A stretch of 64,000 bases of DNA from contig JAVZLQ010000004.1 in the NCBI GenBank assembly GCA_038883655.1, positions 160,001-224,000 on the forward strand, given 5' to 3'. Each line of letters begins with the position of its first letter. Within the stretch, counting starts at the first letter, position 1. A program made the position numbers and the translations under genes. A model generated the notes under the pieces. The model made no database searches, had not been told where the DNA came from, and saw nothing but the letters and a program-made list of their open reading frames with translations. This document shows positions 18,864-28,237 of the stretch, one piece after another. The stretch is from Candidatus Bathyarchaeia archaeon. Its GTDB lineage: Archaea > Thermoproteota > Bathyarchaeia > Bathyarchaeales > Bathycorpusculaceae.

Positions 18864-19265
18864 TCAAGTTCTTTTTGAACAGTAGTCCAAGATGCACTGG
18901 ATTATCTTTTCTGTGGGAGTTCCCGGTCCAAAAACCTCCTTAATTCCTATCTTCTTCAGTTCTGGTATGTCTTCTTCTGGGATTATTCCTCCAGCGAAAA
19001 CCAAGATGTCTGTTAGGCCCTTCTCTTTTAGCAGTTGCATTATTCTCGGGAAAAGCGCTTTATGCGCTCCAGAGAGTATGCTTAATCCTATTACGTCAAC
19101 GTCCTCTTGTAGGGCCGTCTCAACTATTTGTTCTGGAGTTTGCCTCAAGCCAGTGTATATGACTTCCATTCCAGCGTCTCTTAGGGCTCTTGCCACGACT
19201 TTTGCTCCTCTGTCGTGGCTGTCCAAACCAGGCTTTGCGATTAACACTCTAATTTTCTTCTGCAT
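18864..19265 (-). CDS. Acyl-CoA mutase small subunit (cobalamin-binding domain)
   Basis: [10 protein letters not shown] (DxHxxG), [15 protein letters not shown]. Confidence 0.95.
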   Translation of the reverse strand: MQKKIRVLIAKPGLDSHDRGAKVVARALRDAGMEVIYTGLRQTPEQIVETALQEDVDVIGLSILSGAHKALFPRIMQLLKEKGLTDILVFAGGIIPEEDIPELKKIGIKEVFGPGTPTEKIIQCILDYCSKRT

Positions 19266-19287
19266 GCTTTTTCACCAACCCTCATTT

Positions 19288-20967
19288 TTAGATTAATATT
19301 AGTTCTTTGTATTCTCCGTAGACTTTGCGCAGCACGTCTATTATTTCGCCTAATGTGGCGTAAGCTTTAACCGCCTCAATTATTGTTGGCATGAGGTTTT
19401 CGTTCTTCTGCGCCGCGTAGTGGAGTTTTTCAAGGACTTCCTTAACTTTTCTGTTGTCCCTTTCCCTTTTTAGCTTTTGCAATCTTGCAACTTGCTCTTC
19501 TTCAACTTTCGGGTCTATCCTCAAAAGTTCTATTGGGCATTCCTCTTCAATTGTGTACTCGTTTAAGCCGACTACTATGCGCTTTTTCTCCTCTATTTCA
19601 CGCTGATATCTATACGCGCTGTCTGCTATTTCCCGCTGGAAGAAGCCCTTCTCTATTGCGGGTATGACGCCGCCCATGTCGTCTATTTTTTGGATGTATT
19701 CCATAGCCCTTTCTTCCATTTCGTTTGTTAAGGCTTCAACGTAATAGGAGCCCGCAAGCGGGTCAACAGTGTTTGTTACTCCGCTTTCGTAAGCTATTAT
19801 TTGCTGTGTTCGTAAGGCAACCCTCACTGACTCCTCTGTTGGCAAGCATAAGGCTTCGTCAAAAGAGTTCGTGTGCAAAGACTGTGTTCCGCCTAGAACT
19901 GCAGCAAGCGCCTGAATTGTTGTGCGTATAATGTTGTTGAGTGGTTGCTGGGCTGTTAGTGTGCATCCTGATGTTTGAACGTGCATGCGCATCCACATTG
20001 ACCTCGGGTTTTTTGCATGGAAGCGCTCTTTCATTATCCTAGCCCAAAGTCTCCGTGCTGCGCGGAACTTGGCTATCTCCTCGAAAAAGTCGTTGTGTGA
20101 CGCGAAGAAGAACGATAACCTTGGGGCGAAATCATCTACTTTTAAGCCTCTCTTCAACGTGGATTCAACGTAGGCTATTCCATCATAAAGTGTGAACGCC
20201 AACTCTTGTAGCGCGGTTGCGCCTGCCTCGCGTATGTGGTAGCCGCTTATGCTTATCGGGTTCCATTTTGGCAGGTGTCTAGCGCAGTATTCGATTATGT
20301 CTGTTGAAAGTTTAAGTGAAGGCTCTGGTGGGAAAATGCACAGTTTTTGGGCGAAAAACTCTTTTAAGTTGTCGTTTTGGGTTGTTCCGCCTAGCTTTTC
20401 CCTTGGAACCCCCTGCTTGTCGCCCACGGCAACGTACATAGCAAGCAGCACTGTTGCTGGACCATTTATGGTCATTGAAGTTGTAACTTTGTCAAGTGGT
20501 ATGCCGTCGAAGAGAACCTCCATATCTTGCAGTGAGGATATGGCTACACCGCAGACGCCGACCTCGCCCCTCGCCATTGGATGGTCAGAATCATAGCCCA
20601 TAATCGTTGGATAGTCGAAAGCCGTGCTTAAGCCCGTTTCGCCCTCGCTTAACAGGTATTTGAAGCGCTTGTTCGTGTCCGCTGCTGTGCCATAACCGGC
20701 AAACATGCGCATAGTCCACAAACGTCCACGGTACATGGTTGCGTGTAAACCCCTCGTGAACGGGTATTCACCTGGAAAGCCAAAGTCACGCATATAATCC
20801 ATTTCCTTAACGTCTTCCGGCGTGTAAAGGCGTTTTATCTCGATGCCAGAATGATTACGAAACTCCTTCTGCCTTTCTGGACATTGCTTAATCCAGTTTG
20901 GCAGGGTAGTTCTTTCCCAACGTTCCCTTTCTTTAGCTATTTCCTCAATTTTCCGCTTATCAAACAT
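19288..20967 (-). CDS. B12-dependent acyl-CoA mutase large subunit with isobutyryl-CoA-mutase-type signature
   Basis: [53 protein letters not shown]. Confidence 0.92.
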   Translation of the reverse strand: MFDKRKIEEIAKERERWERTTLPNWIKQCPERQKEFRNHSGIEIKRLYTPEDVKEMDYMRDFGFPGEYPFTRGLHATMYRGRLWTMRMFAGYGTAADTNKRFKYLLSEGETGLSTAFDYPTIMGYDSDHPMARGEVGVCGVAISSLQDMEVLFDGIPLDKVTTSMTINGPATVLLAMYVAVGDKQGVPREKLGGTTQNDNLKEFFAQKLCIFPPEPSLKLSTDIIEYCARHLPKWNPISISGYHIREAGATALQELAFTLYDGIAYVESTLKRGLKVDDFAPRLSFFFASHNDFFEEIAKFRAARRLWARIMKERFHAKNPRSMWMRMHVQTSGCTLTAQQPLNNIIRTTIQALAAVLGGTQSLHTNSFDEALCLPTEESVRVALRTQQIIAYESGVTNTVDPLAGSYYVEALTNEMEERAMEYIQKIDDMGGVIPAIEKGFFQREIADSAYRYQREIEEKKRIVVGLNEYTIEEECPIELLRIDPKVEEEQVARLQKLKRERDNRKVKEVLEKLHYAAQKNENLMPTIIEAVKAYATLGEIIDVLRKVYGEYKELILI

Positions 20968-21056
20968 GTTATGCCAACCCCGTTGCAGGTTGATTTTGAA
21001 CTAAAATATGGCGTCAAGCCTAAAAAGTTATTTCTAAAAGAAGCCATTAAACAATC

Positions 21057-21120
21057 ATTTGAAAGGGTGCATGCGAAATGGATTTGAAAGGGTGCATGCG
21101 AAATGGATTTGGAGGGTGCA
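21057..21120 (+). repeat. 25-bp tandem repeat (two exact copies plus a partial third) spanning a start codon
   Basis: ATTTGAAAGGGTGCATGCGAAATGG at 21057-21081 and 21082-21106, then ATTTGGAGGGTGCA. Confidence 0.9.
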
Positions 21121-22278
21121 GATTTTTCAACTAAGGCTGTCCATGGCGGAGAAAAACTTGAAAGGGGAAGCGTTGCAACACCAATCTATGAAACGTCTGT
21201 TTTCGCCTTCAAAAGCACGAGAGAGTTAATCGACGTTGTAAGCGAGAAGGCTGAGGGCTATGTGTACACAAGATATGACAATCCCACAGTTCGGGCTGTT
21301 GAGCAGAAAATGGCGGTTCTCGAAGGGTCTGAAGATGCCGCTGCGTTTTCCTCTGGAATGGCAGCAATAACAACTACATTGCTGACTTTGGTTTCGAAGG
21401 ATGAACATGTTATTGCATCGAGAGACCTTTATGGCGGAACCCTAACCTTCTTCCAAGAGATACTGCCAAGATTCGACGTCGAAGTCAGCCTAGTAGACGC
21501 CACAAACCTCGATGAGGTGAAAGAAGCGATCCAAAGGAACACGCGTGTCGTTTATGCAGAGACTCCAACAAACCCAACATTGAAAGTCGTGGATTTGCCG
21601 CGTCTAGCAGCCATAGCCAAAAAGCACAGTATAACAACAGTCATTGATAGCACGCTTGCCACACCCTACAATTTGACGCCCATAAAGTTCGGCATAGACG
21701 TTGTTCTCCACAGTGCCACAAAATATTTGGGCGGACATAACGACGTGACAGCTGGAATAGTTTGCGGTTCAGAGGATTTCATACAAAAACTTAAGAAGAC
21801 AAGGAAAATTTTGGGCGGAACCCTAGACCCCATGACGGCTTGGCTTTTACTTCGCGGCTTGAAAACCCTAGCCCTAAGGATGGAGAGGCACAACAATAAC
21901 GGCATGCAAATAGCCAAATTTTTGGAAAAGCATCCAAAAATTGCCAAAGTCTACTATCCTGGTTTGCCAAGCCACCCACAACATAAAATCGCCAAAAAAC
22001 AGATGCGCGGCTACGGCGGAGTCGTAAGCTTCGAAGTTAAAGGAGATTTTGAAAAAACCATAAAGTTTATTGAAAGTCTAAAACTTTGCCTTTTAGCCGC
22101 AAGTCTAGGTGGAACAGAAACTCTCGTGACGCAACCAGTAACATCGTCGCATTACTTCATAAGCAAGGAACAACGTCGAGAATTGGGCATAACAGACCAG
22201 CTTGTACGCCTAGCCCTAGGAATAGAACACCCCAAAGACATAATAAACGACATAAAACAAGCGCTTGAGAATATATGA
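21103..22278 (+). CDS. PLP-dependent trans-sulfuration enzyme (cystathionine gamma-synthase/lyase family)
   Basis: YTRYDNPT, FSSGMAAI, ETPTNP, HSATKYLGGH (PLP lysine), ASLGGTETL. LYGGT lacks the Cys typical of methionine gamma-lyase. Confidence 0.92.
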   Translation: MDLEGADFSTKAVHGGEKLERGSVATPIYETSVFAFKSTRELIDVVSEKAEGYVYTRYDNPTVRAVEQKMAVLEGSEDAAAFSSGMAAITTTLLTLVSKDEHVIASRDLYGGTLTFFQEILPRFDVEVSLVDATNLDEVKEAIQRNTRVVYAETPTNPTLKVVDLPRLAAIAKKHSITTVIDSTLATPYNLTPIKFGIDVVLHSATKYLGGHNDVTAGIVCGSEDFIQKLKKTRKILGGTLDPMTAWLLLRGLKTLALRMERHNNNGMQIAKFLEKHPKIAKVYYPGLPSHPQHKIAKKQMRGYGGVVSFEVKGDFEKTIKFIESLKLCLLAASLGGTETLVTQPVTSSHYFISKEQRRELGITDQLVRLALGIEHPKDIINDIKQALENI

Positions 22279-22353
22279 TATGAAAGGCCAAGCGTTATCA
22301 CGCTAACAAAGCCTATGTTAAACAATAACATTCGCCTGTTCACATTTGTTCTT

Positions 22354-23295
22354 TTAAAAGAATATTTGAGCTGTTATTAAAATTATAATCAGTATTGGCA
22401 GTGTTTTTAACGCCTTTTTGTTGAATTTTTGTGCTTCTTCTGTTTTCTTTGCGTCCACGAGTTTCATGATGTACACTGAGGCTGAAAGGTTGTAGAGGAA
22501 AATCGCGTATATGGCGAGCATCATTCTGTCAGCTAAAGTCAAATAGCCCACTGGAGGTATGCCACTGAGTAATGCCAAATGAGACGCTGCTGCGGACATG
22601 AGCGTCGTAACGCCCAAACTTATTCTTTGGGCAAAGTTCTGAGGTGATATAGCAAAAGCAAGCAGAGATATTGTGGTTATAACGGCAATGGGCAAAAAGT
22701 TTTTGATAAACGACGAAACTACAGGACGCTTTAGGGTAATGCTAAAAACGAATCTTGAATATGTTTCGTCAATGTATGAATGCTCTGTTACACTCTGTTC
22801 GAAATCTCCAATCTCCCATCCCGCCACATTTACTGCTTCGTCGATTGTCGACGTTAGGTCTGCTTCAAAAACTAGAAGAGAAGCGTTGAGGTTCTTGTGT
22901 TCTAATTCCACAGTAAGCGCGTGAGTTTCGTATGGATACCTTGAGAAATCAAAAGTTTTCATAAAATCTCCCCTAATGCGATATTCCAAATATCCCAGTG
23001 TCTCGTTTGCCTTAACTTCATATTTTGTTGTCGGAATGCCATTAACAAACTCGAAATCTCTTACCTTTTCTATGTTTATTTCAGAGGGGTCAAACCAGAA
23101 CCATAGATAGAAGTCCAGTCGATAACTGCTTGCAGCTAAATCCACTCGCTCAACATTTACTACCAACACTCCAACTGTGACACTTGCAGGGTTGCTTGAT
23201 GAATTTGCAGTTTTTACATTACGCATCAAAATTGAGAAGAGGAATAGTGTTACAAACAATAAGAATATTCGCCGACTTCTCATATCCTTTTCCAC
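22354..23295 (-). CDS. Pentameric ligand-gated ion channel (GLIC/ELIC-like)
   Basis: Signal peptide; beta-sandwich with DFYLW, Pro-loop DFSRYPYE, GWEI and pre-M1 LKR; M1 FLP; M2 RISLGVTTLMS; M2-M3 IPPVGYLTLAD; four TM helices. Confidence 0.88.
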   Translation of the reverse strand: MEKDMRSRRIFLLFVTLFLFSILMRNVKTANSSSNPASVTVGVLVVNVERVDLAASSYRLDFYLWFWFDPSEINIEKVRDFEFVNGIPTTKYEVKANETLGYLEYRIRGDFMKTFDFSRYPYETHALTVELEHKNLNASLLVFEADLTSTIDEAVNVAGWEIGDFEQSVTEHSYIDETYSRFVFSITLKRPVVSSFIKNFLPIAVITTISLLAFAISPQNFAQRISLGVTTLMSAAASHLALLSGIPPVGYLTLADRMMLAIYAIFLYNLSASVYIMKLVDAKKTEEAQKFNKKALKTLPILIIILITAQIFF

Positions 23296-23574
23296 CTACA
23301 TAGCGATAGCGTTTTGCTTCATGAAGGTTATTTGTTATATAAAAATTTCGAGCGTTCCGCACAGTATCACATGTTTAGTTTCGAGTTGATAAAAACGAGA
23401 AAATTGTATAAGCTCCAATTATCTGGTTAATTAAAAGCTCTGTTTGCTGGAAAATCTGGAGGGAGAGAGGGTAGACGCCTTACTGTTAGCTTCTATTCCA
23501 TTTTCCCGTAGCTTATGTTAAAGGGCGTTATTAGAAAATGTTTTAATTTAGGAAAAAGAAGGGAACAAAAAGAG

Positions 23575-24042
23575 CTATTTTGCTGGTTTGAAGTAGGCTA
23601 TGTCGTTTATTGAGGCTTTCCTCTCGCTTTGCGGCTTAAGCATGGCTTCAACTTCCATGCCTATGTAAACGGTGTCTGTTTCGCCTATCTTATGTATTAT
23701 CCCGCCGCATACACCATCAAACTTTATGAGTGCGTATATCTCTGGTTTCGCGAGTTTTTCTCCGTTGATGTTTACTGTAGCTATGGTGAAAGTGTGTATT
23801 ACGCCTTTCTTGCCAACGTCAACCCACTCTTCAAGTTTCTCAAAGCACCTTTCGCAGTACATCCTCGGAGGAACATAAATAACATTGCATCGCGGACATT
23901 TTGCGCCCATGATTCTGCCGTTCTCTTTAATCTCCTTGAAGAAGCGTTCGCCCGCAACCCCAAGCGTGTAAACGTAGTCCGCCTCCATGTGCCCTATCCA
24001 GTGGCGCGCATTGAACGGATTTGTTATTTTTTCCAAACTCAT
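23575..24042 (-). CDS. DUF35 Zn-ribbon/OB-fold acyl-CoA-binding protein
   Basis: CPRC...PPRMYCERC, GVIHTFT, IGMEVEA. Confidence 0.92.
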   Translation of the reverse strand: MSLEKITNPFNARHWIGHMEADYVYTLGVAGERFFKEIKENGRIMGAKCPRCNVIYVPPRMYCERCFEKLEEWVDVGKKGVIHTFTIATVNINGEKLAKPEIYALIKFDGVCGGIIHKIGETDTVYIGMEVEAMLKPQSERKASINDIAYFKPAK

Positions 24043-24048
24043 GGCTTT

Positions 24049-24552
24049 TCACTCCTTTACGGGCTTAAAGTAGGCTATGTCCGTTATCGCTCCAGTACGC
24101 TCTTCAGGAGGCTTCCACACAGCTTTGACTTTCATTCCTATTTTGACTTCTCGCCAGTCGCCGTATTCCTCGATTCTGTGAACTATGCCCATCCCCTCAG
24201 ATGCGCCGTCCAAGTTTATTATAGCCACAACAATAGGTTCCTTAAGTCTGCTCGCATCTGCCGCCAGAAACGAAACTGAAAAAGTGTTTATTACGCCAGT
24301 GTCCTCCACATACTTCCATCCGTCAGTCGGCTTAAAGCACTTTTCACAGTAAATTCTCGGCGGAACCATTATACGTCCACATTTACTGCAAGTCGTCGCG
24401 ATAATCCGCCCATTTTTAAGCTCCTCAAGGAACTTACTTATTGCTATGCCAGCGCTCCACGCAAACTTCGCCTTCGGCCTAAACTTTTCAGCTGGAACCT
24501 TCCCTTCCCTCAAATCCCGTGTCTCAATCTCCTCACTTTTATAGTATCTCAT
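24049..24552 (-). CDS. DUF35 Zn-ribbon/OB-fold acyl-CoA-binding protein
   Basis: CSKC...PPRIYCEKC, IGMKVKAVW, ITDIAYF. Confidence 0.92.
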   Translation of the reverse strand: MRYYKSEEIETRDLREGKVPAEKFRPKAKFAWSAGIAISKFLEELKNGRIIATTCSKCGRIMVPPRIYCEKCFKPTDGWKYVEDTGVINTFSVSFLAADASRLKEPIVVAIINLDGASEGMGIVHRIEEYGDWREVKIGMKVKAVWKPPEERTGAITDIAYFKPVKE

Positions 24553-24571
24553 ACATTCATCCTCCTCTTTG

Positions 24572-25738
24572 CTAACGCCTCAAAACGATGACGGAGCCAT
24601 ACTGCATCAGGTCTCCCCATGCCTGAGCCACGCCAGTTCTTGGGTCACCTGGAATTTGCCTTTTTCCCGCTTCGCCGCGCAACTGCCAAAAGATTTCAGA
24701 GACTTTCATGAGTCCAGCTGCCGCTATTGGATTGCCACATCCGAGCAAACCTCCAGAGGGGCATGTTGGTAGGTCACCGTCTCTTTGTGTTACGCCTTCT
24801 CGTGTTAGTTTTGGGGCTTCGCCCTTCTTGCATAGGAGCAGTCCTTCCATGTGATGTAGCTCCTTATAGTCGAATGGGTCGTAGGGTTCAGCCACGTCGA
24901 TTTCTTTCGGCGGATTTTTGATTCCAGCCATCTTGTATGCCATTCTGGCAGCGTACTCCACATAGTCTGGATAGTATAGGTCGCGGTTTGTCCAATGCGT
25001 CGAGTCTATGCACCAGCCCACGCCGTCAATCCAGACGGGGTTGTCTGTAACCTCCTTCGCAACATCCTCCGACGCTAAAACAACTGCTGCCGCACCATCG
25101 CTTGTTGGGCTTACGTCTAAACGTTGAACTGGCCAAGCCATGATTTCCGAGTTTAGGACGTCTTCAACTGTTATATTTGCGGCAAGCTGGGCTATTGGGT
25201 TGTCTAGGGCGTTTCTTTTATTCTTCACTGATACGAGGGCTATGTCCTCTTTTTTGATGTTGTGTTTGTGCATGTAACGGTTCATTTCCAACGCGAATAT
25301 CCAGATGAGGTTCATTCCTATTGGACGTTCAAGTATTGGGTCGAATATTGTTGTGAAGGCATACTGTGGATGTGGATGACAAGAAGACATCTTCTCCTCG
25401 CAGATAACTAGACAAGTGTCAAACTGCCCAGAAGCAATATGCCACCACCCAGCCAACGGCGCAAAAACCCCAGTTCCACCGCCAACAAAAACCCTTATGT
25501 ACGGCTTATGGTAGGCGCCTGCCCCCTCAGCCAAATATTCGCCTTTCATGTGCACTCCGTCAAACGCGTCTGGAGCCGAGCCCATAACCACACTTTGTAT
25601 ATCGCGAAGCTCAAGTCCAGCTGCTTCGAGGGCTGTTTTCGCTGCTTCGTAAGACAATTCTTTGCCTGTTTCTTTCAAATTTCTTCTGAATAGCGTAACG
25701 CCAGCGCCGACAATTGCGACTCTTTTCTTCCCAAACAT
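24572..25738 (-). CDS. SCP2-type thiolase-fold protein lacking the nucleophilic Cys (Ltp3-like)
   Basis: Thiolase fold (KNKRNA, SDGAAAVVLA, SGGLL), but RVFVGGGTG, EPYDPF and GNPIAAAG replace the canonical Cys/His motifs. Start placed at ATG 25738. Confidence 0.85.
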   Translation of the reverse strand: MFGKKRVAIVGAGVTLFRRNLKETGKELSYEAAKTALEAAGLELRDIQSVVMGSAPDAFDGVHMKGEYLAEGAGAYHKPYIRVFVGGGTGVFAPLAGWWHIASGQFDTCLVICEEKMSSCHPHPQYAFTTIFDPILERPIGMNLIWIFALEMNRYMHKHNIKKEDIALVSVKNKRNALDNPIAQLAANITVEDVLNSEIMAWPVQRLDVSPTSDGAAAVVLASEDVAKEVTDNPVWIDGVGWCIDSTHWTNRDLYYPDYVEYAARMAYKMAGIKNPPKEIDVAEPYDPFDYKELHHMEGLLLCKKGEAPKLTREGVTQRDGDLPTCPSGGLLGCGNPIAAAGLMKVSEIFWQLRGEAGKRQIPGDPRTGVAQAWGDLMQYGSVIVLRR

Positions 25739-25751
25739 TTCACTTTTCACC

Positions 25752-26906
25752 TCACTTAACATTACTTAACACAGCTACAACTCCAGTTGCTGTTGGAATT
25801 CCACGCCAAGTGTGGGCTAAGCCAACTTCCACGTCTGGTATTTGCCTTTGTCCAGCCTCTCCCCTAAGCTGTAGCACTGTTTCGAGAAGCTTTTGCATGC
25901 CAGAAGCCTCCAAACCGTAGCCCATCCCAAGCAAGCCTCCAGATGGGTTTACTGGAAACTCTCCTTCTAGGGCTGTGATGCCTTCCTCCGTGATTTTTCC
26001 GGCTTCGCCATAACCGCAGATTTTTAATGCTTCCATATGTTGAAGTTCCTTATAGGCAAACATGTCGTGAATTTCGGCGAAGTCGATCTCCCTATACGGA
26101 TTGTTTATCTTCGCTTGTTTGTACGCCATTTCAGCGGCTAATCTTGTGTAAACAGCCCTAGCCCAATCCCTCGTTTCCAAGCTTGAAGTTTCAGTGCACC
26201 AGCCTACGCCCTTAACCCAAACTGGTTTGTCCGTAAGTTTCTCTGCAACGTTTTCAGACGCCAAAACCATGACGACGCATCCGTCTGCTGGAGTACTTAT
26301 CTCCAACTTTTTCAGCGGATAAAAGCACATATCAGAGCATAACACTTGGTCAAGGGTTATTTTTGCGCCGTAAGCCGCATAAGGATTAAGCAACGCGTTC
26401 CTCTTGTTTTTCACAACTACTTGTGCGCATTGCTCCATTGTCGTGCATGTTTCATGCATGTAACGGTTCATTTCCATACCAGCCAAATAGTATGGATGCC
26501 CGCCTAAGGGTCTATTGAATATTGGGTCTAAACCGAAGGCGACAATGTCCATGTATGTGAGAATGTCCGAAGCTTTGCTGTGGGCTTCCACAACCACCGT
26601 GTCGAATTGACCCGTTTTGATGAGCATGTAGGCTGTTGCCAGTCCAAGCATACCATCACCGGAAACCGTGAAAAGATGGCGTAGTGCTGCCCCTAGCTGG
26701 TCTGGAACGAACTCGTCGAATATGCTGAAGCCTTCAAGGTAGTCTTCGGCACATGTCACGAAAACGTCAATGTCCTCTCTTGGGTTAACGCCAGCATCCT
26801 CGTACGCCTTTACAGCTGCCTCGTACATTAACTCCTTATAGGATAACTCTGGGGTTATTGGTCTAAAGCCGATGCATCCAACACCAACAATTGCAACTTC
26901 GCTCAT
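25752..26906 (-). CDS. SCP2-type thiolase-fold protein lacking the nucleophilic Cys
   Basis: KNKRNA, ADGCVVMVLA, EIHDMF and VNPSGGLL are present; TVSGDG and GYGLEASG replace the CAS and GHP motifs. Confidence 0.85.
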   Translation of the reverse strand: MSEVAIVGVGCIGFRPITPELSYKELMYEAAVKAYEDAGVNPREDIDVFVTCAEDYLEGFSIFDEFVPDQLGAALRHLFTVSGDGMLGLATAYMLIKTGQFDTVVVEAHSKASDILTYMDIVAFGLDPIFNRPLGGHPYYLAGMEMNRYMHETCTTMEQCAQVVVKNKRNALLNPYAAYGAKITLDQVLCSDMCFYPLKKLEISTPADGCVVMVLASENVAEKLTDKPVWVKGVGWCTETSSLETRDWARAVYTRLAAEMAYKQAKINNPYREIDFAEIHDMFAYKELQHMEALKICGYGEAGKITEEGITALEGEFPVNPSGGLLGMGYGLEASGMQKLLETVLQLRGEAGQRQIPDVEVGLAHTWRGIPTATGVVAVLSNVK

Positions 26907-26980
26907 AGGCTTTTCTCCTTTCCTTTTTGGAGCCTAATAATGTGGAAGCGTGTTCACATAAAACTTTCGTGGAAAACTCA

Positions 26981-27000
26981 AAATTTCATTGATGAAATTT
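26981..27000. promoter_or_regulatory. Perfect 9-bp inverted repeat between divergent thiolase operons (candidate operator)
   Basis: AAATTTCAT-TG-ATGAAATTT overlapping the start of a TTTAAATA TATA-like box (26998-27005). Confidence 0.45.
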
Positions 27001-27060
27001 AAATACTTGTTGAAGTACTATTCAGTTCTTTAAAACGCATGTTTAAGGGAGAATTTAGCC

Positions 27061-28233
27061 TTGAAAGGCAAACCCCTAGTTTCAATTGTTTCTGCTGGAC
27101 TGTCAAAATTTGGAAAACGCGAAGGCTTATACGCTCGGGAACTCTTCGCAGAAGCAGCAAAAGAAGCTTTTGAACGCTGCCCAAACCTAGACCCAAAAAA
27201 GGATATTCAAGCATTGTTTGTCGGGCATATGGGCGAATCCTACGAACATCAAGGGCACACGGGCGCAACAGCTGCGGACTGGTCTGGACTACTACATATA
27301 CCAGCAACAAGAACTGAAGCCGCGTGCGCCTCTTCTGGAGCAGCATTAAGAGCAGCAATATACGCTGTACTTTCTGGTTTGTGCGACGTTGTTATGGTTG
27401 GAGGTGTTGAAAAAATGACTCATCGTACAACGCCTGAAGTTACGGAATATTTGGCTATGGCTTCCGATTTTCCCTTCGAGCAGTGGCATGGCATCACTTT
27501 TCCAGGCTTGTTCGCGTTGATGGCTACGGCGCACATGCACAAGTATGGTACAACAGAAAAGCAGATGGCTATGGTAGCCGTAAAAAACCATTATCATGGA
27601 AGCCTAAACCAGAAAGCGCACATGCAGAAGGAAATAACCCTTGAAACCGCCTTATCTTCACGCGTTATTGCTTGGCCCTTAAAACTCTACGACTGCTCCT
27701 TAATCACTGATGGAGCAAGCTGCCTAATACTAACAAAACCGGAACTTGCCAAAAAATACACTGACACGCCGGTTCATATAATCGGAAGCGGACAGGCAAG
27801 CGACACAATAGGCATGTATGAAAGGGGAGAATTCACGTCGCTTAGAGCAGCCAAACTAGCAGCAAAACAAGCCTACGAAATGGCTGATTTGGGACCAGAA
27901 GACATAGACTTGGCTGAAGTCCACGACTGCTTCACAATAGCCGAAATAATAGCCTACGAAGACCTGGGCTTCTGCAAGCCAGGCGAAGGCGGCGCCCTAG
28001 CTGAAAGTGGAGAAACCAAGCTCGGTGGAAGGATTCCAGTGAACACAAGCGGCGGATTAAAAGCGAAAGGGCATCCGGTAGGCGCAACTGGAACGGCTCA
28101 GGCTTACGAGATTTATTTGCAGTTGACTGGCCAAGCGGAGAAGAGGCAAGTTAAAGATGCGGAGATTGGGCTAACGCACAATGTTGGCGGTTCAGGCGCC
28201 ACAGCGGCGGTTCACATTTATAGGAGGGAATAG
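27061..28233 (+). CDS. Archaeal acetyl-CoA acetyltransferase (thiolase), catalytic motifs intact
   Basis: RTEAACASSG, EVHDCF, KGHPVGATG, HNVGG. Confidence 0.93.
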   Translation: MKGKPLVSIVSAGLSKFGKREGLYARELFAEAAKEAFERCPNLDPKKDIQALFVGHMGESYEHQGHTGATAADWSGLLHIPATRTEAACASSGAALRAAIYAVLSGLCDVVMVGGVEKMTHRTTPEVTEYLAMASDFPFEQWHGITFPGLFALMATAHMHKYGTTEKQMAMVAVKNHYHGSLNQKAHMQKEITLETALSSRVIAWPLKLYDCSLITDGASCLILTKPELAKKYTDTPVHIIGSGQASDTIGMYERGEFTSLRAAKLAAKQAYEMADLGPEDIDLAEVHDCFTIAEIIAYEDLGFCKPGEGGALAESGETKLGGRIPVNTSGGLKAKGHPVGATGTAQAYEIYLQLTGQAEKRQVKDAEIGLTHNVGGSGATAAVHIYRRE

Positions 28234-28237
28234 CAAA

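Noticed and set aside
19288-20967. Default call as methylmalonyl-CoA mutase
   Set aside because: The Tyr/Arg carboxylate-binding positions read Phe/Gln, and no epimerase gene is present.
21057-21120. Possible CRISPR mini-array
   Set aside because: The repeats are directly adjacent with no spacers and no cas genes.
23296-23574. Intergenic region between the DUF35 and ion-channel genes as ncRNA
   Set aside because: No convincing boxes, stems or ORF; a T-rich terminator-like tract and promoter sequence are enough to explain it.
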